In this document: positions 12,501-25,701 of the stretch, in pieces
How positions within the stretch are numbered: position 1 is the stretch's first letter
Layout: the number at the start of each line of letters is the position of its first letter
Source: Laetmonice hystrix
Taxonomy: Eukaryota
NCBI GenBank assembly: GCA_965235115.1
Contig: OZ249436.1
Coordinates: 12,960,001 to 13,020,000, forward strand
Direction: 5' to 3'
DNA: 60,000 nucleotides
Position numbers and translations under genes: made by a program
Notes under the pieces: generated by a model
The model's input: only the letters and a program-made list of their open reading frames with translations
Told to the model about the DNA's origin: nothing
Database searches by the model: none

Positions 12501-15500
12501 TACTGACCACCTGTAAGCGTCCGACAACGTTGTATGGTAGACCCAGTGGATGTTTGCCGTAAAGACTTAATTAACAAAGGCAAATGACGTTGTTCGCCTT
12601 TCTATATTGGATATCCCATCCCAAGTAGAAACAGATGGCAGAGATGTTGCAAGCAAACACCATGGTGCGGTACTGAAGGGTCCGACTGCACTGCCACCTT
12701 CCGGCTACCGATGTAATCACCACCTTAGACCTGGCTGGGCTGGCAGGCACGTATGGCGCTTAGGGGAGAGACAGGGTTATGCAATGATAAGCGAAAAATG
12801 GCTTCATTTTTGATACGTCAAATTGAAATTTGCCCCCAAAATTATGATTGTTAGGCCAGATGTATAACTGTCAACCGTATAGATCTCGTACGTTCGCTAT
12901 ATGATATGTCTACTTCCCATTTGAGTATCTTCTCCAAATTTTAGCATTAGATACCCTCGCCTATACCTTTCTTTTCCACTACCTCACTGAACTGTTTGCA
13001 TGGGTAGTAGGCCAGCCTATCAGATGTAGGAACCTCTCAGTGTACTGTTTGGCCTCTCATAGTGCTTGTCCTCACAGCATACGGTTTGGCCTCACTGTAC
13101 TGTTCGGCCTCACTGTAGTGTCTGCTGGGGTATTAGGCAAGGCAGTACCTTGTAGGGACTTGTCACTGTACTGTTTGGCCTCCCTGTACCCTTGAGCCTC
13201 ACTGTACTGTTTGCTTCTACAACTGTCGCCAGTAATATAGGGACGCCTCAGTCATGTTTCATGTTTCCATGCCTTTATTGTCCAAGAGGCAGGCCATCCG
13301 TTTCATCCATCATTTACTCCCATGTAATCTGTGTCCCTACTGACCACCTGTAAGCGTCCGACAACGTTGTATGGTAGACCCAGTGGATGTTTGCCGTAAA
13401 GACTTAATTAACAATGACAAATGACGTTGTTCCCCTTTCTAAATCAGATATCCCATCCCCAAGTAGAAACGAATGACAGAGATGTTGCAAGCAAACACCA
13501 GGGTGCGGTACTGAAGGGTCCGACTGCACTGCCACCTTCCGGCTACCGATGTAATCACCACCTTAGACCTGGCCGGGCGTGCAGGCACGTATGGCGCCTA
13601 GGGGAGAGACAGGTTTATGCAATGATAAGCGAAAAATGGCTTCATTTTTGATACGTCAAATTGAAATTACGCCCCCAAAATTATGATTGTTAGGCCAGAT
13701 GTATATCTGTCACTCTTATAGGTCTCGTACGTTCGCTATAGATAAATGGTTGTGATATGTCTACTTCCAATTTGAGTATCTTCTCCAAATTTTAACATTA
13801 GATGCCCCTCGCCTATACCTTTCACTTCCACTACCTCACTGAACTGTTTGCATCGGTAGTAGGCCAGCCGATAGGATGTAGGGACGTCCCAGTGTACTGT
13901 TTGGCCTCTCATAGTGCTTGTCCTCACAGTATACGGTTTGGCCTCACTGTACTGTTCGGCCTCACTGTAGTGTTTGCTTGGGTATTAGGCAAGGTAGTAC
14001 CACCTTGTAGGGATTCGTCACTGTACTGTTTGGCCTCCCTGTACTCTTTGGCCTCACTGTACTGTTTGCTTCTATACAACTGTCGCCAGTAATATATGGA
14101 CGCCTCATGTTTCATGTTTCCATGCCTTTATTGTCCAAGAGGCAGGCCATCCGTTTCGTCCATCATTTAGGCCTACTCCCATGTAATGTGTGTCCCCTAC
14201 TGACCACCTGTAAGCGTCCGACAACGTTGTATGGTAGACCCAGTGGATGTTTGCCGTAAAGACCTAATTATCAAAGGCAAATGACGTTGTTCCCCTTTCT
14301 ATATCAGATATCCCATCCCAAGTAGAAACAGATGGCAGAGATGTTGCAGGCAAACACCAGGGTGCGGTACTGAAGGGTCCGACTGCACTGCCACCTTCCG
14401 GCTAACGATGTAATCACCACCTTAGACCTGGCCGGGCTGGCAGGCACGTATGGCGCTTAAGGGAGAGACAGGTTTATGCAATGATAAGCGAAAAATGGCT
14501 TTATTTTTGATACGTCAAATTGAAATTACCCCCTGCAAAAATTATGATTGTTAGGCCAGATGTATAACTGTCACCCGTATAGGTCTCGTACGTTCGCTAG
14601 AGATAAATGGTTGTGATATGTCTACTTCCCATTTGAGTATCTTCTCCAAATTTTAACATTAGATGCGCCTCGCCTATACCTTTCATTTCTACTACCTCAC
14701 TGAATTGTTTGCATGGGTAGTAGGCCAGCCGATCAGATGTAGGGACTTCTCAGTGTACTGTTTGGCCTCTCATAGTGCTTGTCCTCACAGTATACGGTTT
14801 GGCCTCACTGTACTGTTCGGCCTCACTGTAGTGTTTGCTTGGGTATTAGGCAAGGCAGTACCTTGTAGGGATTCGTCACTGTACTGTTTGGCCTCCCTGT
14901 ACTCTTTGGCCTCACTGTACTGTTTGCTTCTACAACTGTCGCCAGTAATATAGGGACGCCTCATGTTTCATGTTTCCATGCCTTTATTGTCCAAGAGGCA
15001 GGCCATCCGTTTCGTCCATCATTTAGGCCTACTCCCATGTAATGTGTGTCCCCTACTGACCACCTGTAAGCGTCCGACAACGTTGTATGGTAGACCCAGT
15101 GGATGTTTGCCGTAAAGACCTAATTAACAAAGGCAAATGACGTTGTTCGCCTTTCTATATCAGATATCCCATCCCAAGTAGAAACGGATGACAGAGATGT
15201 TGCAAGCAAACACCAGGGTGCGGTACTAAAGGGTCCGACTGCACTGCCACCTTCCGACTACCGATGTAATCACCACCTTAGACCTGGCCGGGCTGGCAGG
15301 CACGTATGGCGCTTAGGGGAAAGACAGGTTTATGCAATGATAAGCGAAAAATGGCTTCATTTTTGATACGTCAAATTGAAATTTGCCCCCAAAATTATGA
15401 TTGTTAGGCCAGATGTATAACTGTCAACCGTATAGGTCTCGTACGTTCGCTTTAGATAAATGGTTGTGATATGTCTACTTCCCATTTGAGTATCTTCTCC

Positions 15501-18500
15501 AAATTTTAACATTAGATGCCCCTCGCCTATACCTTTCATTTCCACTACCTCACTGAACTGTTTGCATGGGTAGTAGGCCAGCCTATCAGATGTAGGGACT
15601 TCTCAGTATACTGTTTGGCCTCTCATAGTGCTTGTCCTCACAGTATACGGTTTGGCCTCACTGTACTGTTCGGCCTCACTGTAGTGTTTGCTTGGGTACT
15701 AGGCAATGCAGTACCTTGTAGGGATTCGTCACTGTACTGTTTGGCCTCCCTGTACTCTTGGGCCTCACTGTACTGTTTGCTTCTATACAACTGTCGCCAG
15801 TAATATAGGGACGCCTCATGTTGCATGTTTCCATGCCTTTATTGTCCAAGAGGCAGGCCATCCGTTTCGTCCATCATTTACTCCCATGTAATCTGTGTCC
15901 CCTACTGACCACCTGTAAGCGTCCGACAACGTTGTATGGTAGACCCAGTGGATGTTTGCCGTAAAGACTTAATTAACAAAGGCAAATGACGTTGTTCGCC
16001 TTTCTATATCAGATATCCCATCCCAAGTAGAAACAGATGGCAGAGATGTTGCAAGCAAACACCATGGTGCGGTACTGAAGGGTCCGACTGCACTGCCACC
16101 TTCCGGCTACCGATGTAATCACCACCTTAGACCTGGCTGGGCTGGCAGGCACGTATGGCGCTTAGGGGAGAGACAGGGTTATGCAATGATAAGCGAAAAA
16201 TGGCTTCATTTTTGATACGTCAAATTGAAATTACGGCCCAAAATTATGATTGTTAGGCCAGATGTATAACTGTCAACCGTATAGATCTCGTACGTTCGCT
16301 ATATGATATGTCTACTTCCCATTTGAGTATCTTCTCCAGATTTTAGCATTAGATACCCTCGCCTATACCTTTCTTTTCCACTACCTCACTGAACTGTTTG
16401 CATGGGTAGTAGGCCAGCCTATCAGATGTAGGAACCTCTCAGTGTACTGTTTGGCCTCTCATAGTGCTTGTCCTCACAGCATACGGTTTGGCCTCACTGT
16501 ACTGTTCGGCCTCACTGTAGTGTCTGCTGGGGTATTAGGCAAGGCAGTACCTTGTAGGGATTCGTCACTGTACTGTTTGGCCTCCCTGTACCCTTGAGCC
16601 TCACTGTACTGTTTGCTTCTACAACTGTCGCCAGTAATATAGGGACGCCTCAGTCATGTTTCATGTTTCCATGCCTTTATTGTCCAAGAGGCAGGCCATC
16701 CGTTTCATCCATCATTTACTCCCATGTAATCTGTGTCCCTACTGACCACCTGTAAGCGTCCGACAACGTTGTATGGTAGACCCAGTGGATGTTTGCCGTA
16801 AAGACTTAATTAACAATGACAAATGACGTTGTTCCCCTTTCTAAATCAGATATCCCATCCCCAAGTAGAAACGAATGACAGAGATGTTGCAAGCAAACAC
16901 CAGGGTGCGGTACTGAAGGGTCCGACTGCACTGCCACCTTCCGGCTACCGATGTAATCACCACCTTAGACCTGGCCGGGCGTGCAGGCACGTATGGCGCC
17001 TAGGGGAGAGACAGGTTTATGCAATGATAAGCGAAAAATGGCTTCATTTTTGATACGTCAAATTGAAATTACGCCCCCAAAATTATGATTGTTAGGCCAG
17101 ATGTATAACTGTCACTCTTATAGGTCTCGTACGTTCGCTATAGATAAATGGTTGTGATATGTCTACTTCCAATTTGAGTATCTTCTCCAAATTTTAACAT
17201 TAGATGCCCCTCGCCTATACCTTTCACTTCCACTACCTCACTGAACTGTTTGCATCGGTAGTAGGCCAGCCGATAGGATGTAGGGACGTCCCAGTGTACT
17301 GTTTGGCCTCTCATAGTGCTTGTCCTCACAGTATACGGTTTGGCCTCACTGTACTGTTCGGCCTCACTGTAGTGTTTGCTTGGGTATTAGGCAAGGTAGT
17401 ACCACCTTGTAGGGATTCGTCACTGTACTGTTTGGCCTCCCTGTACTCTTTGGCCTCACTGTACTGTTTGCTTCTATACAACTGTCGCCAGTAATATATG
17501 GACGCCTCATGTTTCATGTTTCCATGCCTTTATTGTCCAAGAGGCAGGCCATCCGTTTCGTCCATCATTTAGGCCTACTCCCATGTAATGTGTGTCCCCT
17601 ACTGACCACCTGTAAGCGTCCGACAACGTTGTATGGTAGACCCAGTGGATGTTTGCCGTAAAGACCTAATTATCAAAGGCAAATGACGTTGTTCCCCTTT
17701 CTATATCAGATATCCCATCCCAAGTAGAAACAGATGGCAGAGATGTTGCAGGCAAACACCAGGGTGCGGTACTGAAGGGTCCGACTGCACTGCCACCTTC
17801 CGGCTAACGATGTAATCACCACCTTAGACCTGGCCGGGCTGGCAGGCACGTATGGCGCTTAAGGGAGAGACAGGTTTATGCAATGATAAGCGAAAAATGG
17901 CTTTATTTTTGATACGTCAAATTGAAATTACCCCCTGCAAAAATTATGATTGTTAGGCCAGATGTATAACTGTCACCCGTATAGGTCTCGTACGTTCGCT
18001 AGAGATAAATGGTTGTGATATGTCTACTTGCCATTTGAGTATCTTCTCCAAATTTTAACATTAGATGCGCCTCGCCTATACCTTTCATTTCTACTACCTC
18101 ACTGAATTGTTTGCATGGGTAGTAGGCCAGCCGATCAGATGTAGGGACTTCTCAGTGTACTGTTTGGCCTCTCATAGTGCTTGTCCTCACAGTATACGGT
18201 TTGGCCTCACTGTACTGTTCGGCCTCACTGTAGTGTTTGCTTGGGTATTAGGCAAGGCAGTACCTTGTAGGGATTCGTCACTGTACTGTTTGGCCTCCCT
18301 GTACTCTTTGGCCTCACTGTACTGTTTGCTTCTACAACTGTCGCCAGTAATATAGGGACGCCTCATGTTTCATGTTTCCATGCCTTTATTGTCCAAGAGG
18401 CAGGCCATCCGTTTCGTCCATCATTTAGGCCTACTCCCATGTAATGTGTGTCCCCTACTGACCACCTGTAAGCGTCCGACAACGTTGTATGGTAGACCCA

Positions 18501-18900
18501 GTGGATGTTTGCCGTAAAGACCTAATTAACAAAGGCAAATGACGTTGTTCGCCTTTCTATATCAGATATCCCATCCCAAGTAGAAACGGATGACAGAGAT
18601 GTTGCAAGCAAACACCAGGGTGCGGTACTAAAGGGTCCGACTGCACTGCCACCTTCCGACTACCGATGTAATCACCACCTTAGACCTGGCCGGGCTGGCA
18701 GGCACGTATGGCGCTTAGGGGAAAGACAGGTTTATGCAATGATAAGCGAAAAATGGCTTCATTTTTGATACGTCAAATTGAAATTTGCCCCCAAAATTAT
18801 GATTGTTAGGCCAGATGTATAACTGTCAACCGTATAGGTCTCGTACGTTCGCTTTAGATAAATGGTTGTGATATGTCTACTTCCCATTTGAGTATCTTCT
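2100..18900. repeat. 8,515-bp (10-monomer) tandem duplication within the array, junction at ~10,600-10,650; outer limits approximate
   Basis: Private variants recur at exactly +8,515: GGACTTGTCA at 4644/13159 and CCAGATTTT at 7824/16339. Anchors pair as 2746/11261, 3599/12114 and 7001/15516. Confidence 0.8.
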
Positions 18901-21900
18901 CCAAATTTTAACATTAGATGCCCCTCGCCTATACCTTTCATTTCCGCTACCTCACTGAACTGTTTGCATGGGTAGTAGGCCAGCCTATCAGATGTAGGGA
19001 CTTCTCAGTATACTGTTTGGCCTCTCATAGTGCTTGTCCTCACAGTATACGGTTTGGCCTCACTGTACTGTTCGGCCTCACTGTAGTGTTTCCTTGGGTA
19101 CTAGGCAAGGCAGTACCTTGTAGGGATTCGTCACTGTACTGTTTGGCCTCCCTGTACTCTTGGGCCTCACTGTACTGTTTGCTTCTATACAACTGTCGCC
19201 AGTAATATAGGGACGCCTCATGTTGCATGTTTCCATGCCTTTATTGTCCAAGAGGCAGGCCATCCGTTTCGTCCATCATTTACTCCCATGTAATCTGTGT
19301 CCCCTACTGACCACCTGTAAGCGTCCGACAACGTTGTATGGTAGACCCAGTGGATGTTTGCCGTAAAGACTTAATTAACAAAGGCAAATGACGTTGTTCG
19401 CCTTTCTATATCAGATATCCCATCCCAAGTAGAAACAGATGGCAGAGATGTTGCAAGCAAACACCATGGTGCGGTACTGAAGGGTCCGACTGCACTGCCA
19501 CCTTCCGGCTACCGATGTAATCACCACCTTAGACCTGGCTGGGCTGGCAGGCACGTATGGCGCTGAGGGGAGAGACAGGTTTATGCAATGATAAGCGAAA
19601 AATGGCTTCATTTTTGATACGTCAAATTGAAATTACGGCCCAAAATTATGATTGTTAGGCCAGATGTATAACTGTCAACCGTATAGATCTCGTACGTTCG
19701 CTATATGATATGTCTACTTCCCATTTGAGTCTCTTCTCCAAATTTTAGCATTAGATACCCTCGCCTATACCTTTCTTTTCCACTACCTCACTGAACTGTT
19801 TGCATGGGTAGTAGGCCAGCCTATCAGATGTAGGAACCTCTCAGTGTACTGTTTGGCCTCTCATAGTGCTTGTCCTCACAGCATACGGTTTGGCCTCACT
19901 GTACTGTTCGGCCTCACTGTAGTGTCTGCTGGGGTATTAGGCAAGGCAGTACCTTGTAGGGATTCGTCACTGTACTGTTTGGCCTCCCTGTTCCCTTGAG
20001 CCTCACTGTACTGTTTGCTTCTACAACTGTCGCCAGCAATATAGGGACGCCTCAGTCATGTTTCATGTTTCCATGCCTTTATTGTCCAAGAGGCAGGCCA
20101 TCCGTTTCATCCATCATTTACTCCCATGTAATCTGTGTCCCCTACTGACCACCTGTAAGCGTCCGACAACGTTGTATGGTAGACCCAGTGGATGTTTGCC
20201 GTAAAGACTTAATTAACAATGACAAATGACGTTGTTCCCCTTTCTAAATCAGATATCCCATCCCCAAGTAGAAACGAATGACAGAGATGTTGCAAGCAAA
20301 CACCTGAAGGGTCCGACTGCACTGCCACCTTCCGGCTACCGATGTAATCACCACCTTAGACCTGGCCGGGCTGGCAGGCACGTATGGCGCCTAGGGGAGA
20401 GACAGGTTTATGCAATGATAAGCGAAAAATGGCTTCATTTTTGATACGTCAAATTGAAATTACGCCCCCAAAATTATGATTGTTAGGCCAGATGTATAAC
20501 TGTCACTCTTATAGGTCTCGTACGTTCGCTATAGATAAATGGTTGTGATATGTCTACTTCCAATTTGAGTATCTTCTCCAAATTTTAACATTAGATGCCC
20601 CTCGCCTATACCTTTCACTTCCACTACCTCACTGAACTGTTTGCATCGGTAGTAGGCCAGCCGATAGGATGTAGGGACGTCCCAGTGTACTGTTTGGCCT
20701 CTCATAGTGCTTGTCCTCACAGTATACGGTTTGGCCTCACTGTACTGTTCGGCCTCACTGTAGTGTTTGCTTGGGGATTAGGCAAGGTAGTACCACCTTG
20801 TAGGGATTCGTCACTGTACTGTTTGGCCTCCCTGTACTCTTTGGCCTCACTGTACTGTTTGCTTCTATACAACTGTCGCCAGTAATATATGGACGCCTCA
20901 TGTTTCATGTTTCCATGCCTTTATTGTCCAAGAGGCAGGCCATCCGTTTCGTCCATCATTTAGGCCTACTCCCATGTAATGTGTGTCCCCTACTGACCAC
21001 CTGTAAGCGTCCGACAACGTTGTATGGTAGACCCAGTGGATGTTTGCCGTAAAGACCTAATTATCAAAGGCAAATGACGTTGTTCCCCTTTCTATATCAG
21101 ATATCCCATCCCAAGTAGAAACAGATGGCAGAGATGTTGCAGGCAAACACCAGGGTGCGGTACTGAAGGGTCCGACTGCACTGCCACCTTCCGGCTAACG
21201 ATGTAATCACCACCTTAGACCTGGCCGGGCTGGCAGGCACGTATGGCGCTTAAGGGAGAGACAGGTTTATGCAATGATAAGCGAAAAATGGCTTTATTTT
21301 TGATACGTCAAATTGAAATTACCCCCTGCAAAATTATGATTGTTAGGCCAGATGTATAACTGTCACCCGTATAGGTCTCGTACGTTCGCTAGAGATAAAT
21401 GGTTGTGATATGTCTACTTCCCATTTGAGTATCTTCTCCAAATTTTAACATTAGATGCGCCTCGCCTATACCTTTCATTTCTACTACCTCACTGAATTGT
21501 TTGCATGGGTAGTAGGCCAGCCGATCAGATGTAGGGACTTCTCAGTGTACTGTTTGGCCTCTCATAGTGCTTGTCCTCACAGTATACGGTTTGGCCTCAC
21601 TGTACTGTTCGGCCTCACTGTAGTGTTTGCTTGGGTATTAGGCAAGGCAGTACCTTGTAGGGATTCGTCACTGTACTGTTTGGCCTCCCTGTACTCTTTG
21701 GCCTCACTGTACTGTTTGCTTCTACAACTGTCGCCAGTAATATAGGGACGCCTCATGTTTCATGTTTCCATGCCTTTATTGTCCAAGAGGCAGGCCATCC
21801 GTTTCGTCCATCATTTAGGCCTACTCCCATGTAATGTGTGTCCCCTACTGACCACCTGTAAGCGTCCGACAACGTTGTATGGTAGACCCAGTGGATGTTT

Positions 21901-24900
21901 GCCGTAAAGACCTAATTAACAAAGGCAAATGACGTTGTTCGCCTTTCTATATCAGATATCCCATCCCAAGTAGAAACGGATGACAGAGATGTTGCAAGCA
22001 AACACCAGGGTGCGGTACTAAAGGGTCCGACTGCACTGCCACCTTCCGACTACCGATGTAATCACCACCTTAGACCTGGCCGGGCTGGCAGGCACGTATG
22101 GCGCTTAGGGGAAAGACAGGTTTATGCAATGATAAGCGAAAAATGGCTTCATTTTTGATACGTCAAATTGAAATTTGCCCCCAAAATTATGATTGTTAGG
22201 CCAGATGTATAACTGTCAACCGTATAGGTCTCGTACGTTCGCTTTAGATAAATGGTTGTGATATGTCTACTTCCCATTTGAGTATCTTCTCCAAATTTTA
22301 ACATTAGATGCCCCTCGCCTATACCTTTCATTTCCACTACCTCACTGAACTGTTTGCATGGGTAGTAGGCCAGCCTATCAGATGTAGGGACTTCTCAGTA
22401 TACTGTTTGGCCTCTCATAGTGCTTGTCCTCACAGTATACGGTTTGGCCTCACTGTACTGTTCGGCCTCACTGTAGTGTTTCCTTGGGTACTAGGCAAGG
22501 CAGTACCTTGTAGGGATTCGTCACTGTACTGTTTGGCCTCCCTGTACTCTTGGGCCTCACTGTACTGTTTGCTTCTATACAACTGTCGCCAGTAATATAG
22601 GGACGCCTCATGTTGCATGTTTCCATGCCTTTATTGTCCAAGAGGCAGGCCATCCGTTTCGTCCATCATTTACTCCCATGTAATCTGTGTCCCCTACTGA
22701 CCACCTGTAAGCGTCCGACAACGTTGTATGGTAGACCCAGTGGATGTTTGCCGTAAAGACTTAATTAACAAAGGCAAATGACGTTGTTCGCCTTTCTATA
22801 TCAGATATCCCATCCCAAGTAGAAACAGATGGCAGAGATGTTGCAAGCAAACACCATGGTGCGGTACTGAAGGGTCCGACTGCACTGCCACCTTCCGGCT
22901 ACCGATGTAATCACCACCTTAGACCTGGCTGGGCTGGCAGGCACGTATGGCGCTTAGGGGAGAGACAGGTTTATGCAATGATAAGCGAAAAATGGCTTCA
23001 TTTTTGATACGTCAAATTGAAATTACGGCCCAAAATTATGATTGTTAGGCCAGATGTATAACTGTCAACCGTATAGATCTCGTACGTTCGCTATATGATA
23101 TGTCTACTTCCCATTTGAGTATCTTCTCCAAATTTTAGCATTAGATACCCTCGCCTATACCTTTCTTTTCCACTACCTCACTGAACTGTTTGCATGGGTA
23201 GTAGGCCAGCCTATCAGATGTAGGAACCTCTCAGTGTACTGTTTGGCCTCTCATAGTGCTTGTCCTCACAGCATACGGTTTGGCCTCACTGTACTGTTCG
23301 GCCTCACTGTAGTGTCTGCTGGGGTATTAGGCAAGGCAGTACCTTGTAGGGATTCGTCACTGTACTGTTTGGCCTCCCTGTTCCCTTGAGCCTCACTGTA
23401 CTGTTTGCTTCTACAACTGTCGCCAGCAATATAGGGACGCCTGAGTCATGTTTCATGTTTCCATGCCTTTATTGTCCAAGAGGCAGGCCATCCGTTTCAT
23501 CCATCATTTACTCCCATGTAATCTGTGTCCCCTACTGACCACCTGTAAGCGTCCGACAACGTTGTATGGTAGACCCAGTGGATGTTTGCCGTAAAGACTT
23601 AATTAACAATGACAAATGACGTTGTTCCCCTTTCTAAATCAGATATCCCATCCCCAAGTAGAAACGAATGACAGAGATGTTGCAAGCAAACACCAGGGTG
23701 CGGTACTGAAGGGTCCGACTGCACTGCCACCTTCCGGCTACCGATGTAATCACCACCTTAGACCTGGCCGGGCTGGCAGGCACGTATGGCGCCTAGGGGA
23801 GAGACAGGTTTATGCAATGATAAGCGAAAAATGGCTTCATTTTTGATACGTCAAATTGAAATTACGCCCCCAAAATTATGATTGTTAGGCCAGATGTATA
23901 ACTGTCACTGTTATAGGTCTCGTACGTTCGCTATAGATAAATGGTTGTGATATGTCTACTTCCCATTTGAGTATCTTCTCCAAATTTTAACATTAGATGC
24001 CCCTCGGCTATACCTTTCATTTCCACTACCTCACTGAACTGTTTGCATCGGTAGTAGGCCAGCCGATAGGATGTAGGGACGTCCCAGTGTACTGTTTGGC
24101 CTCTCATAGTGCTTGTCCTCACAGTATACGGTTTGGCCTCACTGTACTGTTCGGCCTCACTGTAGTGTTTGCTTGGGTATTAGGCAAGGTAGTACCACCT
24201 TGTAGGGATTCGTCACTGTACTGTTTGGCCTCCCTGTACTCTTTGGCCTCACTGTACTGTTTGCTTCTATACAACTGTCGCCAGTAATATATGGACGCCT
24301 CATGTTTCATGTTTCCATGCCTTTATTGTCCAAGAGGCAGGCCATCCGTTTCGTCCATCATTTAGGCCTACTCCCATGTAATGTGTGTCCCCTACTGACC
24401 ACCTGTAAGCGTCCGACAACGTTGTATGGTAGACCCAGTGGATGTTTGCCGTAAAGACCTAATTATCAAAGGCAAATGACGTTGTTCCCCTTTCTATATC
24501 AGATATCCCATCCCAAGTAGAAACAGATGGCAGAGATGTTGCAGGCAAACACCAGGGTGCGGTACTGAAGGGTCCGACTGCACTGCCACCTTCCGGCTAA
24601 CGATGTAATCACCACCTTAGACCTGGCCGGGCTGGCAGGCACGTATGGCGCTTAAGGGAGAGACAGGTTTATGCAATGATAAGCGAAAAATGGCTTTATT
24701 TTTGATACGTCAAATTGAAATTACCCCCTGCAAAATTATGATTGTTAGGCCAGATGTATAACTGTCACCCGTATAGGTCTCGTACGTTCGCTAGAGATAA
24801 ATGGTTGTGATATGTCTACTTCCCATTTGAGTATCTTCTCCAAATTTTAACATTAGATGCGCCTCGCCTATACCTTTCATTTCTACTACCTCACTGAATT

Positions 24901-25701
24901 GTTTGCATGGGTAGTAGGCCAGCCGATCAGATGTAGGGACTTCTCAGTGTACTGTTTGGCCTCTCATAGTGCTTGTCCTCACAGTATACGGTTTGGCCTC
25001 ACTGTACTGTTCGGCCTCACTGTAGTGTTTGCTTGGGTATTAGGCAAGGCAGTACCTTGTAGGGATTCGTCACTGTACTGTTTGGCCTCCCTGTACTCTT
25101 TGGCCTCACTGTACTGTTTGCTTCTACAACTGTCGCCAGTAATATAGGGACGCCTCATGTTTCATGTTTCCATGCCTTTATTGTCCAAGAGGCAGGCCAT
25201 CCGTTTCGTCCATCATTTAGGCCTACTCCCATGTAATGTGTGTCCCCTACTGACCACCTGTAAGCGTCCGACAACGTTGTATGGTAGACCCAGTGGATGT
25301 TTGCCGTAAAGACCTAATTAACAAAGGCAAATGACGTTGTTCGCCTTTCTATATCAGATATCCCATCCCAAGTAGAAACGGATGACAGAGATGTTGCAAG
25401 CAAACACCAGGGTGCGGTACTAAAGGGTCCGACTGCACTGCCACCTTCCGACTACCGATGTAATCACCACCTTAGACCTGGCCGGGCTGGCAGGCACGTA
25501 TGGCGCTTAGGGGAAAGACAGGTTTATGCAATGATAAGCGAAAAATGGCTTCATTTTTGATACGTCAAATTGAAATTTGCCCCCAAAATTATGATTGTTA
25601 GGCCAGATGTATAACTGTCAACCGTATAGGTCTCGTACGTTCGCTTTAGATAAATGGTTGTGATATGTCTACTTCCCATTTGAGTATCTTCTCCAAATTT
25701 T

